DNA of 64,000 nt, from contig CM082585.2 in NCBI GenBank assembly GCA_040954595.2, positions 6,535,808-6,599,807 on the forward strand, given 5' to 3'. The notes below the pieces were generated by a model. That model did not search any database. It had not been told where the DNA came from and was given only the letters and a program-made list of their open reading frames with translations. Source of the stretch: Balanoglossus misakiensis. Taxonomy: Eukaryota > Animalia > Hemichordata. Shown here piece by piece: positions 54,001 through 64,000 of this stretch. A program made the position numbers and the translations under genes. How positions within the stretch are numbered: position 1 is the stretch's first letter; the number at the start of each line of letters is the position of its first letter.

Positions 54001-57000
54001 TGATTGTACAACACTAGTACCCGGGGGTACACAGCTGAATCTTTCAATCAATGGCAACGCGTCCATGTAAAATGTCTGTAATCTCTGATACATTGTATTT
54101 TGGTTACCTGATACATTTCGTGGCTGATTGGGATGGATCAGTTCAACCAGATCATATCTCCCAATTCTACGAAGTAAGTCTGACAGCAAATCTGTTTTGT
54201 CTTCCCCAATGACATTTCTGTCAAGTAACTTCTCAAACAACTTTGTAGCAAGTTGAATTCCTTCAATTTCTCTCTTTGGTATTCCCGTTGATTCCATGTT
54301 TCTGCACAGGAATTTCATGGATTCAAGTTCATCTGTAATGGTAATTACACAACACAAACTTAATCTGTGAGTTTTTTGTCCCAGAAGAACCAACTGGTAT
54401 ATAATACACACCTTTCGTTTTCTTTTATGGGGCTACATTTTTATGTGTAGCCCTATAATTTTACACCATTTTATAATTCCTTATAGTAAATTTTCACCCA
54501 TTACCTGACCAAACATGCGAGTGAACATAGCCTTCATATAAGGACTTAATTCGCACCCTTATTTAGGGCCTGGTCAGAATTAACAGAGGGGGAAGGCTAG
54601 TGCGATTCGAAATCTGAATGCATGAAAAATACTGACCCTCCACTGATTTCTTGCACAAAAAATGCTGACCCTCCCCCTTCTCCATGAACAAAACCAAGTG
54701 ACCCTCCCCACAGTACGTGAAATATCCCATGATTCATTCTGATTTCAGTCAAACCAGGCAAAGTTCATATGTGTAGAGAAAATTGTAGACCACTAAACAG
54801 CGCTCCCATGAAAAGAATTTGAAACTGATGTACCATTCCCTCATCAGTGGGTATTCTGTGTTGGCAGACATAGTAAACAAAAAAATTGAAGGGGGTTAGA
54901 AAATTTTATAAAATACAGAGCTCAAAGGTGCATTTTAATGAACCAAAAAGCAAATTAACTCAACTACCTGTATGTTGGGGAGGGTAAATTTAACATTCGC
55001 CGCTCAAAGTTAGCATGGGGGGGGGGGGCAAGTCCCCGGACCTGGGACGTTAGATAAACCAATCAATGATTGAAAGGTGTTGATGAATGAAGGGGGTGGG
55101 TGTGAGGGGGTGTCCCCCTCCCACATTAGAAAAAAATGAATTATGAATGGTTCAAAACTGCATATTTTAGGACTCAAAACATTTTCGGTGTCATCCTTGC
55201 ACAAAAATTAGTGACCCTCCCCCTGACTCGTGCCCAAAATGCAGCGGCCCTCCCCCAAACTGTTGCATGAAAAATAGTGACCCTCCCCCCAATCGCACCA
55301 GCCCTCCCCCCCCCCCCCCCTGTTAATTCTGACCAGGTCCTTACATGTGCCTATAGCTGCTTGCTGGCATGCAGGGTATTAAACACCACTGTTAGCAGTT
55401 AATTGGTGTATGGTAGGTACAATTGCATGTAACACCACCATCATAACAATAGTTTATAGTCTGTTATAACTAATACAATCCACTTACCCTGTCCTATTTC
55501 ATCTGCTATTCTGAGAAGTAACCCAATAAAATGATCTTTACTTCTTTTAGTGTAACTTTCAGTGGCTTGTATCTCCTCTGTCCCTTTAAAATTGAAATTT
55601 GGAGAAACACGTAAATGTTTGAAAAGATTAACCTTTTTAAGTCAATGCACATCATAGTCAGAGCTGTGAGGAACATTTATGCTATCTTGTAATTCCCACT
55701 CCAACACTTAGCTCTCCCTTTATATCCAGGTTCAACATTTTATTGGCTACTTTTAAGCTTCAACTATACCAGCCACAGCCCTGAATTATAAGTTATCATT
55801 TTTTAAATACCTGTGCGTGCCTCCTGTATATTTGGTATCTGTATTTCATGAGCCCATTCGGAGAGTTGATGCTTAAATTTTGTACCGGTATATTCATGGT
55901 TATATTTCTCATGATGTAACAGTGCATCATAGTGTCCTGTACTGAGCCAACTGATGTAGATATCACGTGTAGGACTTTCACCATGTCTTGGACTGTGTAA
56001 ATGAAACCTTGGTTCTCCTCCACTGTTCATACCACTAACCAATACATGTATATTAACACACAGACTGTGGCTTAAAGCAACAATTTCTGTTGACCCAGCC
56101 CACACACCATCCATGGCAGCTCTTTGTAGGAAATTCGATGGATCTCCTTCAATTGCATGCTCAAACTGGGGTAGGTTTTGGTTGAGGTATCTCACAGCCT
56201 CTTGTCTGAGACTGTCATGTTTAGACTGATCGCCGTACCCGGATTCTGCAATGGCACGATAAAGACAGTTTCCATCTGGAATAATGTTGTATCTGTACAA
56301 ACCATGGCTTTGTAAGAATGCATCCTGTATTTCCTGTTCTCGGACAGTTTTGTCACCACCAAGTCTCTGACACAGGGTTTTGATGGATTCTTTAGGTGTC
56401 CGCAGCATATGGAAAATCTCTGTAAAGTATACATGATAGTTCATTATGTCATATAGTAATTGAAAAAAAAACTACTTGTGGCCGTACGTTTATATGTACG
56501 ACGTAACCTATAAAGTAGTAAGACATGGTGACTTGCCTTCAATATTAAACTTTCAGGAGTTTCTACAGGACAAAATATTGTTTTTATTCAAAATTTACAG
56601 TCTGACCAAATACATGAGAGGTTCAAGGGTCAGTGCCAGACTCCTCCAACATCGTCGTCACATCATCATCATCATCATCATCATTCATTATCATCATCAT
56701 CATTAAACAGTCACACATAAAATAACTTGGTTCCACTATAAATGCTGCCCTCAGTCAGCTAACTGCCCAAATGTGCCAGCTCTGGACCCAGGGCCAACCC
56801 AGTTTGGCAAATTTCATGTGCATACAAAAGTACATCAACATTTCGTGCTATATAAACAATAGTACTGGCTACAAAACATTTGACAAACTACATATTAAAC
56901 AATATGGCAACTGGCTATCATTGCACCAACTCATCTTTTGTGCAGTGATTGCAAATAAAAATCTCGATCTGTTGTGTTGCATAATTAAACTAAGCTAAAC

Positions 57001-60000
57001 TTTCATTTCTCAATATCAGTTAAAGGGGAAATCCGTTGTAGCTGATTTCCACATAATTTGGTAGCTTTGAGGTCACTCTTTCAGAAAAAAACATATTCGC
57101 CATGTATAAGTCGCGCGATTTTTTACAAAGTCTAGGGAAAGTTGGCAGAATTTCCAATATGGCGTTTACTCTAATTTGAATCATGGGAAAAAAAGCGCCA
57201 GGACCAACTTCCGCCCACCATGGTGTGGGTGATACCATTCTCCGATTGGTGTCACTGGGCGACAGACTAGGCGTATTTTCATAGCTATTGTTTGTTCTTT
57301 GCATCAGTTGATAAACAATCATCAGCAAAGTTGAAAATTTGTCATCTATTGACAGTTTTCATGAGCTATAACCCATGAAAAAGATGCAAATACGCTTAGC
57401 CTGTGACGCAGTGACACCAATCGGAAAATGGTATCACCCACACCAAGGTGGGCGGAAGTTGGTCCTGGCGCTTTTTTTCCCATGATTCAAATTACAGTAA
57501 ACGCCATATTGGAAATTCTGCCAACTTTCCCTCGATTTTGTAAAAAATCGCGCGACTTATACATGGCGAATATGTTTTTTTCTGAAAGAGAGACATCAAA
57601 GCTACCAAATTATGTGGAAATCAGCTACAACGGATTTCCCCTTTAAGTTTAATATTTACCTGGTGTATTTCCTCTTGTCACAGTTGTTGGTATTTTGTCT
57701 GGTGTAGCAATCTGCTCATACTTTCTTTTTTTAGGTTGAATATGTTCTGACTGTGGCCTCACTGATGCTTCACTTTGTTCAGATGAATAAGTGCCAGAAG
57801 ATTGGCCCATTTGCTGTAGTTGCTGCACTGGTGGCAGTTGTGAGAAATGTTGTTGGCATGGCAATGGTTGTGGTTGGAAGGTCTGTGTTGGCATTGGTGA
57901 TCCATGTTGCATTGCCTGGCTCTCTGAAGACTGGTGTTGCTGTATTGGTATTGGTTGAAATGAGGGTTGTTGACCACCAGTTACTCTAGATAGCGTTGAC
58001 TGATGTAACTGTTGTGGTATTGAAGATTGGGCCTGCTGATCCCGTGCCTGTGACGTCGACTGCAGCATCCCATGTTGCATTGCCTGGCTCTCTGAAGACT
58101 GGTGTTGCTGTAATGGCATTGGTTGAAATGAGGGTTGTTGACCACCAGTTACTCTAGATAGCGTTGACTGGTGTAACTGTTGTGGTATTGAAGATTGGGC
58201 CTGCAGATGCCGTGCCTGTGACGCTGACTGAGGTATCCCATATTGCATTGCCTGGCTCTTTGAAGACTGGTGTTGCTGTAATGGCATTGGTTGAAATGAG
58301 GGTTGTTGACCATCAGTTACTCTAGATAGCGTTGACTGGTGTAACTGTTGTGGTATTGAAGATGGGGCCTGCAGATGCTGTGCCTGTGATGCTGACTGAG
58401 GTATCCCATATTGCATTGCCTGGCTCTTTGAAGACTGGTGTTGCTGTAATGGCATTGGTTGAAATGAGGGTTGTTGACCATCAGTTACTCTAGATAGCGT
58501 TGACTGGTGTAACTGTTGTGGTATTGAAGATGGGGCCTGCAGATGCTGTGCCTGTGATGCTGACTGAGGTATCCCATATTGCATTGCCTGGCTCTTTGAA
58601 GACTGGTGTTGCTGTAATGGCATTGGTTGAAATGAGGGTTGTTGACCATCAGTTACTCTAGATACCGTTGACTGGTGTAACTCTTGTGGTATTGAAGATG
58701 GGGCCTGCAGATGCTGTGCCTGTGATGCTGACTGAGGTATCCCATGTTGCATTGCCTGGCTGTCTGACAACTGGTGTTGAAGTGGCCGAAATGAAGACTG
58801 TTGACCACCAGTTATTCTAGATAGCGTTGACTGATGTAACTGTTGTGGTATTGAAGATGGGGCCTGCAGATGCTGTGCCTGTGATGCTGACTGAGGTATC
58901 CCATGTTGCATTGCCTGGCTCTCTGAAGACTGGTGTTGCTGTAATGGCATTGGTTGAAATGAGGTTTGTTGACCATCAGTTACTCTAGATACCGTTGACT
59001 GGTGTAACTCTTGTGGTATTGAAGATGGGGCCTGCAGATGCTGTGCCTGTGACGCAGACTGAGGTAACCCATGTTGCATTGCCTGGCTGTCTGAAGACTG
59101 AAGTGTCTGCTCTTGGGGGTGGCTACTTTCGTCCTAAAAATGAATACATGTATGTACAAATTGTGAAACAAACCGAATACTCTGCTCATTTTCTCATGGT
59201 GTAGATACATAAATACACACTAACATGGTGATCGAATATCTGCAGTCTCTGTTCTGCCTGGAAACTTTTCTAAATATGCACTTAATATTTAATACATTGT
59301 ACCTTAATTCTCACTGCAGATAGCCCTGGCTGGTGTAACTGTTGTGGTATTGAAGATGGGACCTGCAGATGCTGTGCCTGTGATTCTGACTGAGGTAACC
59401 AATGTTGCATTGCCTGACTGTCTGAAAACGGGTGTTGTAGTGGTGGAAATGAGGACTGTTGACCATCAGTTACTGACATATCTGGTTGCCACGGGTAATT
59501 GTGCTGCAATGATTCGGTTGTCTGCTCTTGGGGGTGGCTACTTTTGTCCTAAGAAATGAATACATGTATGTACAAATTGTGAATACTCTGCTCATTTACT
59601 CATGGTGCAGATACATAAATACACACTAACATGGTGATCGAATATCTGCAGTCTCTATTCGGCCTGTATCTGGAAACTTTTATAAATATGTACTTCATAT
59701 TTAATACATCGTACCTAATTAATTCTCACATACAGCTACCATAAACCAGCCACAAAACAAACAAAAACGGTTTTAGTTTTCTGGGGTTCACTTTTGAGAG
59801 GTTTTGCAGTAGTCTTGAAAATACATTAGCAGAAAAGGATACATATCATAGATATGATGCAAAGATTTAAACAAATTTAAGTTTACTGCAGATGACCATG
59901 TTGAGATTTTTATCAATTATTGATGTATGATTTGTCTCACTGACTTCTATGAGAAAAATACATCTTTGGCTCCACCACATGAAAAAGGTAATTAATGTTA

Positions 60001-60043
60001 ACTGTCTGAAACAAAATGCTAATACCTGTGAATACTGTTCCAT
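51045..60043 (-). CDS. NLR-like protein: Gln-rich repeats, OTU deubiquitinase, death effector domain, NACHT and divergent LRR-like region; 7 coding exons, ~1803 aa
   Basis: Minus-strand exons: 60043-60026 (ccaacATGg start, MEQYSQ), 59548-59315, 59133-57660 (repeats), 56419-55811 (OTU: IIPDGNCLYRA ... SWLSTGHYDAL), 55583-55488 and 54332-54108 (DED: FIGLLLRIADEIGQDELESMKFLC ... RIGRYDLV), 53800-51045 (Walker A GAPAMGKST, Walker B LCLFDGLDE, sensor-1 VVTTTRP, NPLHLAFVC, winged helix FYHKTWLEYFTA). All junctions are GT-AG and phase-compatible; total 5412 nt. The start codon and the joining into one transcript are inferred. Confidence 0.8.
54566..55340. mobile_element. PIF/Harbinger-type MITE in the intron splitting the DED
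   Basis: TTA-GGGCCTGGTCAGAATTAACA ... TGTTAATTCTGACCAGGTCC-TTA (3-bp TTA duplication), with subterminal TGACCCTCCCC repeats. Confidence 0.8.
57020..57646. mobile_element. Foldback Kolobok-like element with ~260-bp inverted arms
   Basis: TTAA-AGGGGAAATCCGTTGTAGCTGATTTCCACATAATTTGGTAGC ... GCTACCAAATTATGTGGAAATCAGCTACAACGGATTTCCCCT-TTAA. The mirror-image ORFs 57020-57328(-) and 57428-57646(+) show the arms are near-identical. Confidence 0.88.
57895..59095 (-). repeat. Coding tandem repeat, 168-bp/56-aa unit, 7 full copies plus a partial
   Basis: MQ(H/Y)GIPQSASQAQHLQAPSSIPQQLHQSTLSRVTDGQQPSFQPMPLQQHQSSKSQA repeated in ORF 57649-59079. The one shorter unit (53 aa) keeps the frame. Confidence 0.95.
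59101..59730. repeat. Local tandem duplication of an intron end plus exon start (~59104-59314 vs ~59519-59729)
   Basis: tgtctgctcttgggggtggctacttt-gtcctaa-aaatgaatacatgtatgtacaaattgtga ... aattctcac is present twice, about 415 bp apart. Confidence 0.9.
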
Positions 60044-60793
60044 GTTGGTATCCCAGGTATGAACTCTTCTTGGAGATTTTTTTCCTTTTCTTTTTCTTCT
60101 TCATCGCCTCCTTTTACTTTTTGGCTAACTTTAAATACTCAGAGTTACTCTGATTCAGTAAATGACGATCTGTAGTGTTTGTTTTCCTGTCAAGAGAAGA
60201 TGTTAAAAAATTTACAGACAGAGAATAAAATATTCAGAGATTTCAAACGACTTATCAATCCTTTAAAGTTTGACAGCTTTGTCTATTGACATAAAGAAAA
60301 TTGGGTTGGGTGGAGGTCAAAGGTCTTGAAAACAAATAATCTACTGTTCGCGGCTAACATTATTGCAGCCGTGGGATCAGATATGGGTTGACAGTCCCCA
60401 GTTACTTGCACTTTCCGGACGGGTTGTTTTTGTGAATGTATTGGATGTTCTTGAATATAGAAAAAGGTATAATGCTTTCTTTTTATTTCACACGTTTCTT
60501 TTTCAGTTTTTTTTCGGCTGAACGTTCCTGAATATTTCAATGACGTACTCAAGACTTATGATGAACAAAGTTAATCACACTGCAGCGAATACCATGAGTA
60601 CAAACGCAATAACAAGTGAATATTTGCACGTCAGTCATAATACTCCGGCTTTCAGAAGTATAACACAGATTCAGCCTTTCAGAACTACACGATAAATCAA
60701 TACATTCTTCTGTTGTACTGTACCGATACATGGGGTCAAATCGACTTGATAGGTTTTCAAGCAGGCGTCCTCGGGGGCTTGTGATCTTATCAT

Positions 60794-62298
60794 ACTATAG
60801 TCTAGTCAATATAGGGCTAGACCCACCACAAATTTGAAACATAATTTTTTTCTTCAAAATGCATTTTGGAGAGGTGTCTAGAACAACATATTAAAAATGC
60901 ACCTGAATCCACCTTGTGGAAATATGTCTAATTTGCATAAATTTAATATTGGAGATTTTTGGGCCAAATATCAAGAAATAAACGTTTTTATTCCATGATT
61001 TTAAAATTTAAAACTATATCATGTTCATGAAGAAACATTTTGGAATAATATTTGGCATGGGCAGTTTTCATGATTTGCATAAATTCAATATGGCGGACAG
61101 TATTCCTAAAAACACATATCTGGGCAGTATATAGGGTACTACGCAAATTATTTTAGTGTTTTTTAATTCAAAATTACCTCTATGACATTTGGAACAATTT
61201 TGAAATTATTTTGTTTACATTTGCAATTTATATTTTCCATAAATCCAACATGGCCACCAAATGAATGTTCGACAGCTTATCATACTCCGGCATATATAAT
61301 AAGGTTGTAGCATAGAAAATATGTTGTAGCACTAGGAATATATACAAAAGAGAATGAAAAATGATTCCAGATTCAATCATATACTGAAAAAGTAGGTCCA
61401 AGTTACAGCTAATGGAGTAAAAACTAGTAAGGTAACATCTCAGTTCATTTAACAGATGTTCGTGTAACCAATTCGCCAGAATACGTTTCAGCTGATTTTT
61501 AAGACTTAGATATATGATCTAAAATTTATTTTCGGAGATAAAGTACGACTAATTATAATAAGTTAAACAATAATCTACAATCGTCATTTAATTGACATTT
61601 TAATACTATAGGAAGTATATCGTTAGACCGATTACTATACAGGTTTAAGGAAGTCATGTGATTATAATTATTTGTTGCATTGCTATTATATTTTCGTTTT
61701 ACATATTAATGTACGAGAGTTTTATATTTGCTTCGCTACGCATTCCTAGTGCTACAACATATATTCTATGCTAGAACCTTATTATATATGCCGGAGTATG
61801 ATCAGCTGTCGAACATTCATTTGGCGGCCATATTGGATTTATGCAAAATATAAAGTGCAAATGTAAACAAAATGTTTTCAATATTGTTCCAAATGTCATA
61901 GAGGTTGTTTTTTAATTAAAAACACACTAAAATAATTTGCGTAGTACCCTATATACTGCCTAAATATGGTTTTCTAGGAATACTGTTCCGCATATTGAAT
62001 TTATGCAAATTATGAAAACTGCCCATGTCAAATATTATTCCGAAATGGTTCTTCATGCACATTAAATATTTTTAAACTTAAAAATCATGGAAAAAATCAT
62101 GTTTATTTCTTGATATTTGGCCCAAAATTTTCAATATTAAATTTATGCAAATTAGACATATTTCCACAAGGTGGATTCGGGTGCATTTTTGATATGTTGT
62201 TCTTGACACCTCTCCAAAATATATTCTGAAGAAAAAATTTCTGTTGCAATTTGTGGTGGGTTAGGTGCCCAAATCTCGTAGATTGACTAGACTATAGT
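60794..62298. mobile_element. ~1.5 kb foldback DNA element with ~545-bp imperfect inverted arms
   Basis: The left arm 60794-61338 (actatagtctagtcaat ... gttgtagcactaggaat) is the reverse complement of the right arm 61742-62298 (attcctagtgctacaac ... attgactagactatagt). ~400-bp AT-rich spacer, no transposase ORF. Confidence 0.88.
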
Positions 62299-62552
62299 TG
62301 GTTAATCATTGGACATTTAGTGTAGCAGGATATCCTGTTCATTAACCAACACGAGGTCGGTTAATCATTGGACATTTAGTGTACCAGATATACATGTTCA
62401 ATGATTAAACAACTCCTCCACCTACAGTAGAGAAGCCATCTTTTGCTATAAACCAGGAACTTTTAATATTACACCATCTAGACTACAAAATAACTTTAAT
62501 ATGAGTTCATAGTGTACAGTGTTCTAATATAATGATCTGGCTTTAAACTTAC

Positions 62553-62645
62553 CTTTACAGTTGGTTGATGAAGCTCTCTCACTGCTGTTTGTCTCGTTTC
62601 AACGTTAGAGCAAGATGGCAAATAAGTAATGGCTTCAAAATGGCG
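62553..62645 (-). other. Putative non-coding first exon and promoter region of the NLR-like gene
   Basis: Strong minus-strand donor AAAG|gtaagt at 62553/62552, and YY1-like CAAGATGGC and CAAAATGGCG at 62611 and 62636. A matching acceptor precedes exon 60186-60026. Confidence 0.4.
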
Positions 62646-63674
62646 TTGTCAAAAAAACCAACAAACAAAAAACTTGTACTATATGAAGACCATAAAAGTT
62701 TGGTATAGGGACTTGGACGTATCAGTGGTAGTGTATTCCTATCTGACGACGATGCCTTACTGGTGTTGGAATTTTGGCGGTCAATGGCAGAGTAAGTGTG
62801 GAACCCCGTCACGACGTGTTGCACATAGATCTACGGTACACAGGAATGATTTATAGAGTAGACTTTCTTTGGCATTTTGCCATTCAAACATTTCGCAAAA
62901 GTCCCAGATATATAGCGCCATCACGGTTGATAATGATAAGCTGAGTTGTATTTGCTTACAAATTTGTGAATTTATTTCTGAAAATAAAGCATAAGCAAAT
63001 TCATTAAAGCCCCAATATCTGCCATTTTCTGGATTATAAAACAATACGTTGGCTAACAAAGCTTTAACGGTTTTGTACACCGCAAGCAAGATGGTTGGTG
63101 GGTTTCCTTTTCATACACAACAGTTTTACAACGATCTGTGTCTTTTATACATCCCAAATGAATATTCTACCTATCAGAATTTATATAATTTAACAGCACG
63201 CTGCAGCCTTCGAATGATGTAGTTCGCGAAAACTGCATATTTCTTTATAAAGCATTTAATTAAAGAAAACAATGTCTTTCTGAACAATTATTTTCTGTAT
63301 TTTAGTGCTTACTGCATACCATAAATTGTAGATGATTTGGAAATGAAACTCTTTGCAATGGGGTCGGAGGCCTATTGCAATAAATAGACACTTAGAAACA
63401 TAAAATGGTATTACCAATCAAAAGTATGATTTATTGAAACTTGACTCTATATCTCCTGAATACAATAAAATAGTACTTGGATACATTCTTGGAAAACAAC
63501 TTTTGTCTTAAATATCTATCTTCAAGAAAGGTGTCCTTCTTAGAGCAGTGTCTGCAAAGACACTAGATACACAGTATACTTTCTACGAATTTCAAAGACC
63601 ATCACATGAATTAATTAAGTTTAGTCTGTTTCTAATATAAGGCGTTTGCAAACTCCATTTTCTGTACACCTCAA

Positions 63675-64000
63675 TTAAAGGACACTGGCGCACACAGATG
63701 CATAGATATTTCCACTGACAGTGGCCGTTGCGATTTGTGAAGGTACGGTGAATTAAATGACCCATGATTTTGGAAATGGTATTACAGTAGAACCTGTCTA
63801 TAGTGGCCAGTCGAGGGACATTCCTAAACTGTCCTTTATAGACAGGTGGCCTTTATATACAGGTCAATGAATGCACATGTATATTGCACAGGGACAGTAA
63901 CAAAGTGGCCACTATATACTGGTTTGATTGTATTTCATGAATAATCTTCAGTAATTGATTGTTCACTCACAATAGGAAATGTTTGTTTGCATTTATATTT
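63675..64000 (+). repeat. Direct duplicate of 49258-49592, running off the window edge
   Basis: ttaaaggacactggcgcacacagatgcatagatatttcca ... ctcacaataggaaat-tttgtttgcatttatattt matches almost base for base, including non-MITE flanks. Offset 14417 bp. Confidence 0.92.

Noticed and set aside
57020-57646. Pair of similar ORFs (MVSPTP-WAEVGPGAFFPMIQ...) suggesting duplicated small genes
   Set aside because: They are the two arms of one inverted-repeat element, with no transposase or other recognisable motif.
1-64000. tRNA, rRNA, autonomous transposase or reverse transcriptase genes, or prokaryotic defence systems
   Set aside because: None recognised by eye. All mobile elements seen are short non-autonomous types. 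A covariance-model scan would be needed to exclude small RNAs.

Overview
This window is intron-rich, AT-rich animal DNA, not prokaryotic; repeat style and gene content suggest a marine invertebrate such as a hemichordate (inference). Reading splice sites by hand gives four complete, phase-consistent gene models. (1) MED12 (+, 93-21551; 37 exons, ~2112 aa). (2) A 9-finger C2H2 zinc-finger gene (+, 23223-25372) with decayed extra fingers after its stop. (3) A 20-exon secreted ADAMTS/reprolysin-type metalloprotease (+, 40020-50179; ~1303 aa) whose thrombospondin tail is replaced by PAN/apple, C-type lectin, two kringle and two pentraxin domains. (4) A convergent NLR-type gene (-, 60043-51045; ~1803 aa) joining a Gln-rich 56-aa repeat region, a catalytically intact OTUD1-like deubiquitinase domain, a death effector domain, a NACHT ATPase and a divergent LRR-like tail. 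A ~10 kb 48-bp satellite with higher-order structure lies at 28570-38680. Many MITEs and two long foldback elements are present. The last 326 bp of the window duplicate 49258-49592, hinting at a ~14.4 kb tandem unit carrying the whole NLR gene. The OTU-DED-NACHT receptor is the strongest candidate for an undescribed system. All gene models are manual and lack transcript support.
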